Shown: positions 9,741 through 17,662, numbered from the stretch's first letter. The stretch: DNA of 24,000 nt from an uncultured Alphaproteobacteria bacterium (GCA_963701445.1 CAVPAM010000005.1:19353-43352); one strand, 5' to 3'. The notes: a model not told the origin generated them from the letters alone. Made by a program: numbers and translations.

Positions 9741-11001
9741 GATTGGCTCCCGCCGCGTCCCACATCAGTCTTGGATCAAAACACATGGACGCGAACATGG
9801 TGACCACCACCACACCCGCGAACGCGATCGCCCCCACACCCGGCTCGATGGTGGCGATCGCCTCAAGCTTCACCAGCGCGATCAGTATCGAGATCATGAA
9901 GATGTCGATCATCGACCAGCGCCCGACGCCCTCGATAACCCTGTACAGGCGGGTCCGATCCCTCAACCGCCATCGCGATCGGATCCGAACCGATATCAAC
10001 AGATAGCTCAAACCCAAGAGTTTCAGTACGGGCACCAGGATACTTGCAAAAAACACCAGCAGCGCAAGCGGCCACATGCCGGCGTGGATCAATTCCTTGA
10101 TCCCGCTGAGGATCGTGTCCGGCGCGCCCTTGCCGAAGGAAATCACCGTCATGACCGGAAAAGCATTGGCGGGTATGTATAGGATCGCCGCGGTCAGTAC
10201 CAGCGCCATGGTGCGGGCCAGGCTGTCGGGTTTGCGACGGTGCAGATGCGCGCCACAGCGCGGACAAACCGCGTGCGAAAGCGGTTCCGATGGCCGCACC
10301 CGGCACACCAGATCACAAGCGTGGCAACTTACCAGGGAATCCCGGTTCTCGGTCACCGGCGGCGGCGCGCCGGTGGACCGGCGCAGGCGCTCCCAAACCG
10401 CGTGGGGTTCAAGAGCGGCATCGGTCGCCGTCATGGTCAGGATGAGCGCCAAAAATGCGAATAGCGAGGTGCCAAGCTCGATGGTGGCCATGTCCACCAG
10501 TTTCACATAGGCCACAAGGACGCCCAACATGTAGACCTCCATCATCGCCCACGGATGGAGGATCTCGACCCAACGGAAGACGGTCCCGGCAAACGGCGGC
10601 CGCCGACCCAAATGCAATGGCAGGACCACGTAAAGGGTTCCAAGAATCTTGATCAGGGGAATGACGATGGCCACCAGGGCCACCAGAACGGCCAGCGGCA
10701 GTAGCCCCTGGTCATAGAGTTCCACCACGCCCGACGACAGGATATTGTGCGACTCTCGGCCTTCGAGCTTGAAAACCATGAACGTGAATCCGTTGGCCAG
10801 CCCGAACAGAAACAGCGATGCCAGCGACAGCGCGAGCGCCCGTTGAATACTGTTCCGGCGACGCCGGTAGAACCGGGCGCCGCAACGGCCGCACCGCGCC
10901 GTATGGTCGTCGGGCAACGGTTTAACGTGGTGCAGCAGGCCACATTCGTGACAGGCAAAAAGAGAATAGGCGACAGGGGCGTCGTAATCGCTCATCGGCA
11001 T
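9730..11001 (-). CDS. pqiA: PqiA (paraquat-inducible protein A family inner-membrane protein)
   Basis: 423 aa made of two PqiA repeats. Each repeat starts with a Cys pair motif (CHECG...CGRCG and CHACD...CPRCG) followed by TM helices. The gene overlaps the pqiB start by 11 nt. Confidence 0.85.
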   Translation of the reverse strand: MPMSDYDAPVAYSLFACHECGLLHHVKPLPDDHTARCGRCGARFYRRRRNSIQRALALSLASLFLFGLANGFTFMVFKLEGRESHNILSSGVVELYDQGLLPLAVLVALVAIVIPLIKILGTLYVVLPLHLGRRPPFAGTVFRWVEILHPWAMMEVYMLGVLVAYVKLVDMATIELGTSLFAFLALILTMTATDAALEPHAVWERLRRSTGAPPPVTENRDSLVSCHACDLVCRVRPSEPLSHAVCPRCGAHLHRRKPDSLARTMALVLTAAILYIPANAFPVMTVISFGKGAPDTILSGIKELIHAGMWPLALLVFFASILVPVLKLLGLSYLLISVRIRSRWRLRDRTRLYRVIEGVGRWSMIDIFMISILIALVKLEAIATIEPGVGAIAFAGVVVVTMFASMCFDPRLMWDAAGANHDG

Positions 11002-11175
11002 GGCGACCTAAGTTGCTCGCCCGGTTCGAGAGAACACACGCCCGGACTGTGGATGGCCCTTTTCGCACGACTACCAACTCAACCTCAAGGGCTCGTCGGT
11101 GTCTGGAACGTTTTGGCGAGACGCCCCGCCAGAGGCGCGGTCCCGGTCACGCGTGCGATTCCGGAGGGGGGGCGC

Positions 11176-11269
11176 CGCGGGTTTGACCCCACAGGAGGCG
11201 CGCCACCCCGCGGGGCAGCCGGACAAACCCGCGAGACGAGACGATCGCCCGCAACAAGGCGGTTTTTTT
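11176..11269 (+). other. GC-rich structured element ending in a weak hairpin plus T7 tract (candidate leader, attenuator or small RNA)
   Basis: 11176-11185 (CGCGGGTTTG) is the perfect complement of 11224-11233 (CAAACCCGCG). The enclosed 38 nt contain the palindromes GGCGCGCC (11197-11204) and CCCCGCGGGG (11206-11215). A short stem follows (11246-11249 pairing with 11258-11261), then TTTTTTT at 11263-11269. Confidence 0.3.
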
Positions 11270-11362
11270 GTCGGAAATATGACGGACGACCCCTTGGCGC
11301 GGTCGGGTTTGTAGTTTACTTTCTCAGTGTAACATACCGTATTTTGAGGAATTTTACGCCCC

Positions 11363-12395
11363 ATGCGCGGGCATTGCCGCCTCAAGACTTTCGCCTTGGC
11401 ATCGGCGATCATCGGTTTGATCGCCGCCATTTGGGCGTCCGCGCTGGCGGAGGGCGAAATTGTCTTCCGAATCGGCACGGGTTCCACCGGCGGCACCTAT
11501 TTCCCCGTGGGCGGGCTGATCGCCAATGCCATCAGCAATCCACCCGGGTCGCTGGACTGCGATTTGGGGGGAAGTTGCGGCGTTCCCGGGTTGATCGCGG
11601 GCGCGGTCACCACCGACGGTTCCGTCGCCAACGTGATCGGCGTCAGCCGCGGCGACCTGGACATGGCGCTCAGCCAGGCCGACGTGGCGTATTTCGCCTA
11701 TAAGGGCAAGGGCGCTTTCGCCGGTCAGGAGCCGCTGAAGAACCTTCGGGCGGTGGCCAACCTGTTTACCGAATCGGTGCACGTGGTGATTCGCCGCGAC
11801 AGCGGGATCGCCACCGTCGCCGACCTCAAGGGCAAGCGGGTGTCACTGGACCGCAAGGAATCGGGAACCCGGGTGGTCGCGGAGATCGTTCTCGAGGCCT
11901 ACGGCCTCAAGCCCAAGAACCTGAAGGCCTCCTATGAAAACGTGGGCACGTCGGCGGACATGCTGGCCGAAGGCAAGCTCGACGCCTTCTTCTACGTCAG
12001 CGGCGACCCCGTGTACGCGATCGCCCACCTTGCCGACGAGATCGATATCGACCTGGTTCTCATCGCTGGTCCGGTCGCCGAGAAGATCCGCGAGGCCCAT
12101 CCGTTCCTGTACTCCAACATCATTCCCAAGGGAACGTACAAGGGTGTGGGCAACATCGAGAACTCTTGGCGTCGGGGCCCAACTGGTCGTGGCGGAAACG
12201 GCGGATGACGAATTGATCTACGGAATAACCCAGGCGCTGTGGAATCCGAACAATCGGAAGGTGCTGAACAGCGGCCACCCCAACGGCAAGCGCATCCGGC
12301 TTGAAACGGCCCTTGACGGAATTGCCATCCCCTTGCACCCTGGCGCCGCCCGCTACTACGATGAGCGGGGAATGACCCACGCCGGGGTATTCTGA
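11363..12395 (+). pseudogene. TAXI-family TRAP-type solute-binding protein interrupted by a 1-nt insertion near 12161. This is either a true pseudogene or an assembly error.
   Basis: Track ORF 11363..12208 carries a signal peptide and the motifs IGTGSTGGTYFPVGG and CDLGGSCGVPGL up to ...IPKGTYKGVGNIE. The conserved C-terminus (LGVGAQLVVAETADDELIYGITQALWN...PLHPGAARYYDERGM) is in the next frame, as track ORF 11934..12395. Dropping one A of the AA at 12161-12162 joins them as ...GNIETLGVGAQLVV.... Confidence 0.8.
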
Positions 12396-12432
12396 CCCGG
12401 TCTGTTTGAATACGACCTCGGCGAAACGCGAC

Positions 12433-13827
12433 ATGACCGCCTGCACATACCTGAATACGGCCGCCACGGCAGCGGCCGTGCCCGTAACCGCCCTTCGCGA
12501 GAGCGAGTTGGCCGCGTGGCTGCAATCGCGCGCGGAAACAGTCCGGCGCTGGGTGGACACCGTCCGTTTCGCCGCCAAGCCGGGCAGCGTCTGCATGATC
12601 CCGGGACCCGACGGCGGCCTCGAACGGGTTCTGATCGGGCGTGGCGACGAAGCCGATATGTGGACCTGGGCGGCGTTGCCCGCGAAACTCCCGGAGGGCG
12701 ACTATCGATTCGACGGCCTCCCCGAAACCGTCGACCCCGTCGATCCGGACGCGGCCGCGCTGGGCTGGGCACTCGGCACCTACCGGTTCACCCGATATCG
12801 TGCCGACGACGGCGGGTTCGCGCGGTTGGCATGGCCGCCGGGCTCGGATCGCGCCGCCGTGGAACGCGCGGCCGACGCCACCTTCATGGTCCGCGACCTC
12901 ATCAATACACCGGCGTCGGACATGGGGCCGGAGGAACTGGCCGCCGCCGCCGCTTCGCTGGCGGCCCGGCATGGAGCGCGGTGTTCGGTTATCGTCGGCG
13001 ACGACCTTCTGGCCCGGAACTACCCCGCCATCCACGCCGTCGGCCGCGCCAGCGATCGCGAACCCCGGTTGATCGATCTGGCGTGGGGCGAGCCCGGCCA
13101 TCCGAAGGTAACCCTCGTGGGCAAGGGCGTGTGTTTCGACACCGGCGGCCTTAATCTGAAGCCCTCCGCCGGCATGAAGCTGATGAAAAAGGACATGGGC
13201 GGGGCGGCCAACGTGCTGGGCCTCGCCCACATGGTCATGTCCGCCGGGCTGCCGGTTCGTCTCCGCGTCTTGATACCGGCGGTGGAGAACAGCGTTTCCG
13301 GCAACGCCATGCGCCCGCTCGACGTGGTGCCCACCCGCGAGGGCCTGACCGTGGAAATCGGCAACACGGACGCCGAAGGCAGGGTGATCCTCGCCGACGC
13401 TCTCAGCGAGGCCGCATCGGAGGCACCGGACCTGCTTCTGGATTTCGCGACCCTGACCGGGGCCGCGCGTGTCGCCCTGGGCGTGGAATTGCCCGCCCTG
13501 TTCAGCAACGACGATGCGCTGGCCAACGGGCTGATGGCCCACGGACAGGCGGAAAGCGATCCAATGTGGCGCCTTCCGCTGTGGCAACCCTACCGCCGGC
13601 ACGTGGAGAGCACGGTCGCGGATTTGACCAACGCCCCGGAAACGCCCTTCGCCGGGGCGATCACGGCGGCCCTATTCCTGGCCGCTTTCGTGGGTCCGGT
13701 GGCGTCATGGGCGCACCTGGATTTGATGGCCTGGAACACCGACCCCCGCCCGGGACGTCCCAAAGGTGGTGAAGCCATGGGAATGCGCGCGGCCTACGCG
13801 TACATAATTAACAAAATCGTTCCATAA
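12433..13827 (+). CDS. M17 leucyl aminopeptidase family protein
   Basis: Motifs VGKGVCFDTGGLNLKP, MKKDMGGAA and NTDAEGRVILADAL are present. I prefer the ATG at 12433 over the track's TTG at 12406. Confidence 0.85.
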   Translation: MTACTYLNTAATAAAVPVTALRESELAAWLQSRAETVRRWVDTVRFAAKPGSVCMIPGPDGGLERVLIGRGDEADMWTWAALPAKLPEGDYRFDGLPETVDPVDPDAAALGWALGTYRFTRYRADDGGFARLAWPPGSDRAAVERAADATFMVRDLINTPASDMGPEELAAAAASLAARHGARCSVIVGDDLLARNYPAIHAVGRASDREPRLIDLAWGEPGHPKVTLVGKGVCFDTGGLNLKPSAGMKLMKKDMGGAANVLGLAHMVMSAGLPVRLRVLIPAVENSVSGNAMRPLDVVPTREGLTVEIGNTDAEGRVILADALSEAASEAPDLLLDFATLTGAARVALGVELPALFSNDDALANGLMAHGQAESDPMWRLPLWQPYRRHVESTVADLTNAPETPFAGAITAALFLAAFVGPVASWAHLDLMAWNTDPRPGRPKGGEAMGMRAAYAYIINKIVP

Positions 13828-13917
13828 TCGGCAAATATACGTTGCGCAGCCATTTTGAATGGATGTAACATACCCCTTATGGGTAATATTTCAGTAACCC
13901 GATTGGGGGAACACCAA

Positions 13918-14319
13918 ATGGTAATGCACATGAACGAACATCAGGCTCTCGACCTCTGGCGGCGTACGATCGTTAGAGGTGTCCGCGACGACGTTCCGGA
14001 TCTCTCCACACGCCAGATGGCGATCCTTTTGACCGTCTACCTGACGTCGCCACCCCATACCGTGCGGGGTCTGGCCAATACGCTGGGCGTATCGAAGCCG
14101 GCCGTCACACGGGCGCTCGACCGGCTCAGCGAACTCGGGCTGGCTCGCCGCAAGACCGACGAGAAGGACCGTCGCAGCGTGCTGATTCAGCGCACGCCGG
14201 GCGGCAACAGTTTCCTCCGTACCTACGGTGAAACCATCGTATCGTCCAGCCGCGACGTCACGGTCCATGGCCAGTACGATATCGACACCATGGACGAGGG
14301 TATCCGGCTGCACGCCTGA
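13918..14319 (+). CDS. MarR-family transcriptional regulator
   Basis: A winged-HTH is present: LSTRQMAILLTVYL...VRGLANTLGVSKPAVTRALDRLSELGLARRKTDEKDRRSVLIQRT. The ATG at 13918 has GGGGGA 8 nt upstream. ATGs at 13924 and 13930 are alternatives. Confidence 0.8.
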   Translation: MVMHMNEHQALDLWRRTIVRGVRDDVPDLSTRQMAILLTVYLTSPPHTVRGLANTLGVSKPAVTRALDRLSELGLARRKTDEKDRRSVLIQRTPGGNSFLRTYGETIVSSSRDVTVHGQYDIDTMDEGIRLHA

Positions 14320-14477
14320 AAAGGTGGTTTCCCCGGGTTACGGGAATTCGCCACTTCGTTATTGGCCCACTCGTTCGTCATTTGGGGCCACCCCGCCGGG
14401 TCCGCGTGTTGCGAGAGATCCTCCACGCGGCGCGAATAGTCGACCGACCGTAGCTTTCCTCCCCTGACCCCAACTCG

Positions 14478-14512
14478 GGGCCGAATGTCCGACATTCGGC
14501 CCTTTTCCTTTT
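14478..14512 (+). terminator. Rho-independent terminator
   Basis: An 11-bp perfect stem pairs GGGCCGAATGT (14478-14488) with ACATTCGGCCC (14492-14502) around a 3-nt loop. It is followed by TTTTCCTTTT (14503-14512). The U-tract is on the + strand only. Confidence 0.6.
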
Positions 14513-14545
14513 GCGGGAGGCGCCAAACGCCCTTCTGGTCCAGCG

Positions 14546-15478
14546 TTAACGCTTTCGCTGCAGGGTGGGTGGGCGGTACTGGTGGAGATAGGTGGGCAGA
14601 ATGGCCTCGACGCCGGTCGGCTCGATCGCGAGATCCCTGAACGTCAATGCCCCCGCCGGCACCACATTGGGAATCTTGAGTAGCTTGACCTGATCGCGGG
14701 TCAGCGGCGGCACCGGCAACAGCTCCATGAACAGCGCCTGCAGACTGGCGACCGACAGCGGCATCGGGAACAGCGCGCGCCGCCGTCCCGTTTCCCTCAT
14801 CACCAATTCCATGACCTCGCGGAAAGTGATCACGCGAGGACCGCCCAATTGGTAGGTCTTGCCCGCCGTTCCAGGATCGTCGAGGATCCTGACCATGGCC
14901 TCCGCCACATCCCCCACGTAGACGGGCTGGAACGACGTGTCGAAGACCGGTAGAATCGGCAGAATCTGCGCCATCTTGGCGAAACGGTTGAAGAAGTCGT
15001 CTTCCGGTCCGAACACGACACTCGGCCTGACCACGGAGGCCCCGGCGAAGGCGGACTTCGCCGCGCGCTCGCCCCCCGCCTTCGTCCGCGCATACGCGGC
15101 GGGCGAGTCCGGATCGGCGCCGATCGCCGACATCTGCACGAAACGGCTCGCCCCCGCCGCCTTCGCCGCCTCGGCCACGGTTCGGGCGCCGTCCACATGG
15201 ATCCGTTCGAACGTTCTCCGCCCGCGCTCGTAGAGAATACCCACCAAATTGATAACAGCGTCCGCGTCCTGGACCGCCGCGTCAACGCTCGCGCGGTCGG
15301 TCACGTCGGCGCCAACCGGAACGATCTGCCCGGCGCCGCCCAGGATCTTCAGGAACATCGCGGCCTCGGTGTCGCGAACGCCCACCCGGATGATCCAATC
15401 GCGCTCGGCCAGTCGCTGCACCAAATGACGGCCGACAAATCCGGATCCGCCAAATACGGTCACTAGGCGACGATCCAT
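14546..15478 (-). CDS. Complex I NDUFA9-subunit-like NAD(P)-binding SDR (epimerase/dehydratase fold)
   Basis: 310 aa with the Rossmann motif VFGGSGFVGRHLV. The remaining sequence, ...INLVGILYE...FERIHVDGA...SAIGAD...YARTKAGGE...VRPSVVFGPEDDFFNRF, is typical of the alphaproteobacterial NDUFA9-like family. Confidence 0.8.
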   Translation of the reverse strand: MDRRLVTVFGGSGFVGRHLVQRLAERDWIIRVGVRDTEAAMFLKILGGAGQIVPVGADVTDRASVDAAVQDADAVINLVGILYERGRRTFERIHVDGARTVAEAAKAAGASRFVQMSAIGADPDSPAAYARTKAGGERAAKSAFAGASVVRPSVVFGPEDDFFNRFAKMAQILPILPVFDTSFQPVYVGDVAEAMVRILDDPGTAGKTYQLGGPRVITFREVMELVMRETGRRRALFPMPLSVASLQALFMELLPVPPLTRDQVKLLKIPNVVPAGALTFRDLAIEPTGVEAILPTYLHQYRPPTLQRKR

Positions 15479-15665
15479 GACGTTCTCCCTATGGTTTGCA
15501 TCGGGGGGAGCGGATATCCCCGTCTCACGGCCCGCGACACTCGCGCTTATCGCAGATGCTCGGCCCCGTCAACCTCACTCCTCGGATCGAAAGCGCGTGG
15601 ACGCCTCGCGCACCGGTATTCTGTCGGTATTATCAGGGGCAATCCGCGAATAACGGTAAACGTCG

Positions 15666-15694
15666 TTGACATGGCGTGCCCCTGGGATTTAGGT
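15666..15694 (+). promoter_or_regulatory. Tentative sigma70-type promoter for tRNA-Leu (and possibly rnd)
   Basis: TTGACA (15666-15671), then a 17-nt spacer, then TTAGGT (15689-15694). It lies about 40 nt upstream of the tRNA 5' end. The -10 element is weak. Confidence 0.3.
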
Positions 15695-15734
15695 GTTTTT
15701 CGAACACCGATACGCGGTGAACCCGTTTTCCCTT

Positions 15735-15821
15735 GCCCAGGTGGCGGAATTGGTAGACGCGCAGGTTTCAGGTACCTGTGGCCGAAAGGTCGTGGAAGTT
15801 CGAGTCTTCTCCTGGGCACCA
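15735..15821 (+). tRNA. tRNA-Leu (anticodon CAG), class II with long variable arm and encoded CCA
   Basis: I folded the cloverleaf by hand. The acceptor stem is GCCCAGG/CCTGGGC. The D arm is GCG-GAATTGGTAGA-CGC. The anticodon stem is CAGGT/ACCTG with loop TTCAGGT. The variable arm is TGGCCGAAAGGTCGT. The T arm is GGAAG-TTCGAGT-CTTCT. A discriminator A and CCA follow. Confidence 0.9.
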
Positions 15822-15854
15822 TCATCCCGTCGAACGCGGTAGAGGCCGATCGCA

Positions 15855-16508
15855 GTGAACGCAAGCGCGGTTTCCCTGGAGCTCCATCTCGGCGATCTCC
15901 CGGATGGGCTCGGCTTTGGCGGCAGCGTCGCCATCGACACGGAAACCATGGGCCTCCAGCCGGGAAGGGACCGCTTGTGCATGGTTCAGTTGTCGGCCGG
16001 CGACGGCACGTGCCATCTGGTCCAGTTCGCCAAGCCGGATCCCGCCGCCGGGACTCCCCAGGTCTTCCAGGCTCCCAATCTGGCATCCCTCCTGACCGAC
16101 GGGTCCGTGACCAAGTTGTTCCATTTCGCCCGGTTCGACGTGGCGGTCCTGAAGCGCTACCTGGGGGTCGTCTGTGAACCCGTGTATTGCACCAAGATCG
16201 CGTCCAAACTGGCGCGAACGTACACGGACCGCCACGGCCTGAAGGATCTGTGCCGGGATCTCCTGGGCATCGAGCTCTCCAAGGAGCAGCAATCTTCCGA
16301 CTGGGGCGCCGCGACCCTGACCCCCGATCAATTGGGATACGCCGCCAGCGACGTTCTGTACCTGCATCGTCTTCGCGACATACTCGACGAGATGTTGGAA
16401 CGCGAGGGCCGCGCCGGAATCGCCGAAGACTGTTTTCGGTTTCTCGGCACGCGCGCGACGCTCGACCTGCAAGGTTGGGAAGACGTCGACATCTTCGCGC
16501 ACTCGTGA
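15855..16508 (+). CDS. rnd: Short-form ribonuclease D (DEDD 3'-5' exonuclease)
   Basis: GTG start. DEDD motifs are AIDTETMGL, FHFARFDVAVL and YAASDVLYLHRL. The ~217-aa size is typical of alphaproteobacterial short RNase D. Confidence 0.8.
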   Translation: MNASAVSLELHLGDLPDGLGFGGSVAIDTETMGLQPGRDRLCMVQLSAGDGTCHLVQFAKPDPAAGTPQVFQAPNLASLLTDGSVTKLFHFARFDVAVLKRYLGVVCEPVYCTKIASKLARTYTDRHGLKDLCRDLLGIELSKEQQSSDWGAATLTPDQLGYAASDVLYLHRLRDILDEMLEREGRAGIAEDCFRFLGTRATLDLQGWEDVDIFAHS

Positions 16509-16521
16509 TCGGGCGACACCG

Positions 16522-16550
16522 TTGACCTGTTTTTTCGCCACCTGCATACT
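16522..16550 (+). promoter_or_regulatory. Tentative sigma70-type promoter for the kpsF-lpt operon
   Basis: TTGACC (16522-16527), then a 17-nt spacer, then CATACT (16545-16550). It lies in the rnd-kpsF intergenic region, about 120 nt upstream of the kpsF GTG. Confidence 0.4.
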
Positions 16551-16672
16551 GTGGAGGCATTTTACGGCGACCGTTGATGGTGGCGAGGGTCGCGAGCCGC
16601 GGACGGCGGCCCGCGCGGACCGTAATATCGGGCGCGCCCCGCGGCCATGATTTTTACTGAAGGATTGGGACG

Positions 16673-17662
16673 GTGAGTAAGGCAACGGCAGTGTCCCTCG
16701 CGGACGATATTCCGGGCGGCCTGAGTTCGGGCCGGCGCGTGCTGCGGCTGGAAGCCGAGGGACTGGAGGCCCTGGCGGCCGCCCTCGACGACGCTTTCAT
16801 CCGCGCGCTCGAACTCATGGAACGCATGACCGACCGGATCATCGTTACCGGCATGGGCAAGAGCGGTCATGTCGCCTGCAAGATCGCCGCGACCCTGGCA
16901 TCCACCGGCACGCCGGCGATGTTCGTTCACCCGGCCGAGGCAAGCCACGGCGATCTCGGAATGATCACCGACAGCGATGTGGTCGTCGCCCTGTCGAACT
17001 CGGGAGAAACCACCGAGTTGGCGGACTTGATCAACTACGCCAAGCGCTTCCGGATACCGTTGATCGGCATTACCGGCCGGGCCGAGAGCACGTTGGCCAA
17101 GGAAGCCGACGTCGCCTTGGTCCTGCCCAGTACGCCCGAGGCCTGCCCCATGGGCCTGGCCCCGACCACGTCGACCACGGTCATGCTGGGCCTGGGCGAC
17201 GCGCTGGCCGTGGCCCTGCTCGAACGCAAGGGATTTACCGCCGACGACTTTCGCCAGCTTCATCCTGGCGGCAAACTCGGGCGCCTGTTGTTGCGGGTAT
17301 CCGCCCTGATGCACTCCGGAGACGAGCTGCCCTTGATCGAACCCGGGGCGACCATGGCGGACGCCCTCATCCGGATGACCGCCAAGCGGTTCGGCTGCGT
17401 GGGCGTTGTCGATGGCGAGGGCCGGTTGACCGGGGTCGTTACGGACGGCGATCTGCGCCGCCACATGAGTTCCAACCTGCTCGACCTCAGCGCCGGCGAA
17501 GTGATGACCGCCAACCCCAAAACCATCCGCCCCGACGCCCTCGCCGTGGAGGCCATCGGAACCATGAACGACCTGGGTATCACCAACCTGTTCGTGGTCG
17601 AGGACGGGCGTCCGGTTGGCATCATCCACGTTCACGATTGTCTGCGGGCGGGGGTGGTGTAG
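16673..17662 (+). CDS. kpsF: KpsF/GutQ-family arabinose-5-phosphate isomerase (SIS domain plus two CBS domains)
   Basis: The SIS motif is VTGMGKSGHVACKIAATLASTGTPA...HGDLGM. The C-terminal CBS pair runs ...GCVGVVDGEGRLTGVVTDGDLRR ... ITNLFVVEDGRPVGIIHVHD. Confidence 0.9.
   Translation: MSKATAVSLADDIPGGLSSGRRVLRLEAEGLEALAAALDDAFIRALELMERMTDRIIVTGMGKSGHVACKIAATLASTGTPAMFVHPAEASHGDLGMITDSDVVVALSNSGETTELADLINYAKRFRIPLIGITGRAESTLAKEADVALVLPSTPEACPMGLAPTTSTTVMLGLGDALAVALLERKGFTADDFRQLHPGGKLGRLLLRVSALMHSGDELPLIEPGATMADALIRMTAKRFGCVGVVDGEGRLTGVVTDGDLRRHMSSNLLDLSAGEVMTANPKTIRPDALAVEAIGTMNDLGITNLFVVEDGRPVGIIHVHDCLRAGVV

Noticed and set aside
11100-11245. Possible guanidine (ykkC-type) riboswitch, suggested by GGACAAACCCGCGAGAC resembling the GGGA.AAAAGCCCGGGAGA segment, and by ACGA repeats resembling mini-ykkC loops
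   Set aside because: The other conserved ykkC segments are absent or in the wrong order. The ACGA repeats are not in GC-clamped tetraloops. The downstream TAXI gene is not a typical guanidine-regulon member. I kept it only as an unclassified structured element.
14223-14495. 90-aa minus-strand ORF, and 14228..14467(+), in the marR 3' region
   Set aside because: The minus-strand ORF starts inside the terminator hairpin and overlaps the marR 3' end. Both lack SD sequences and have implausible composition.
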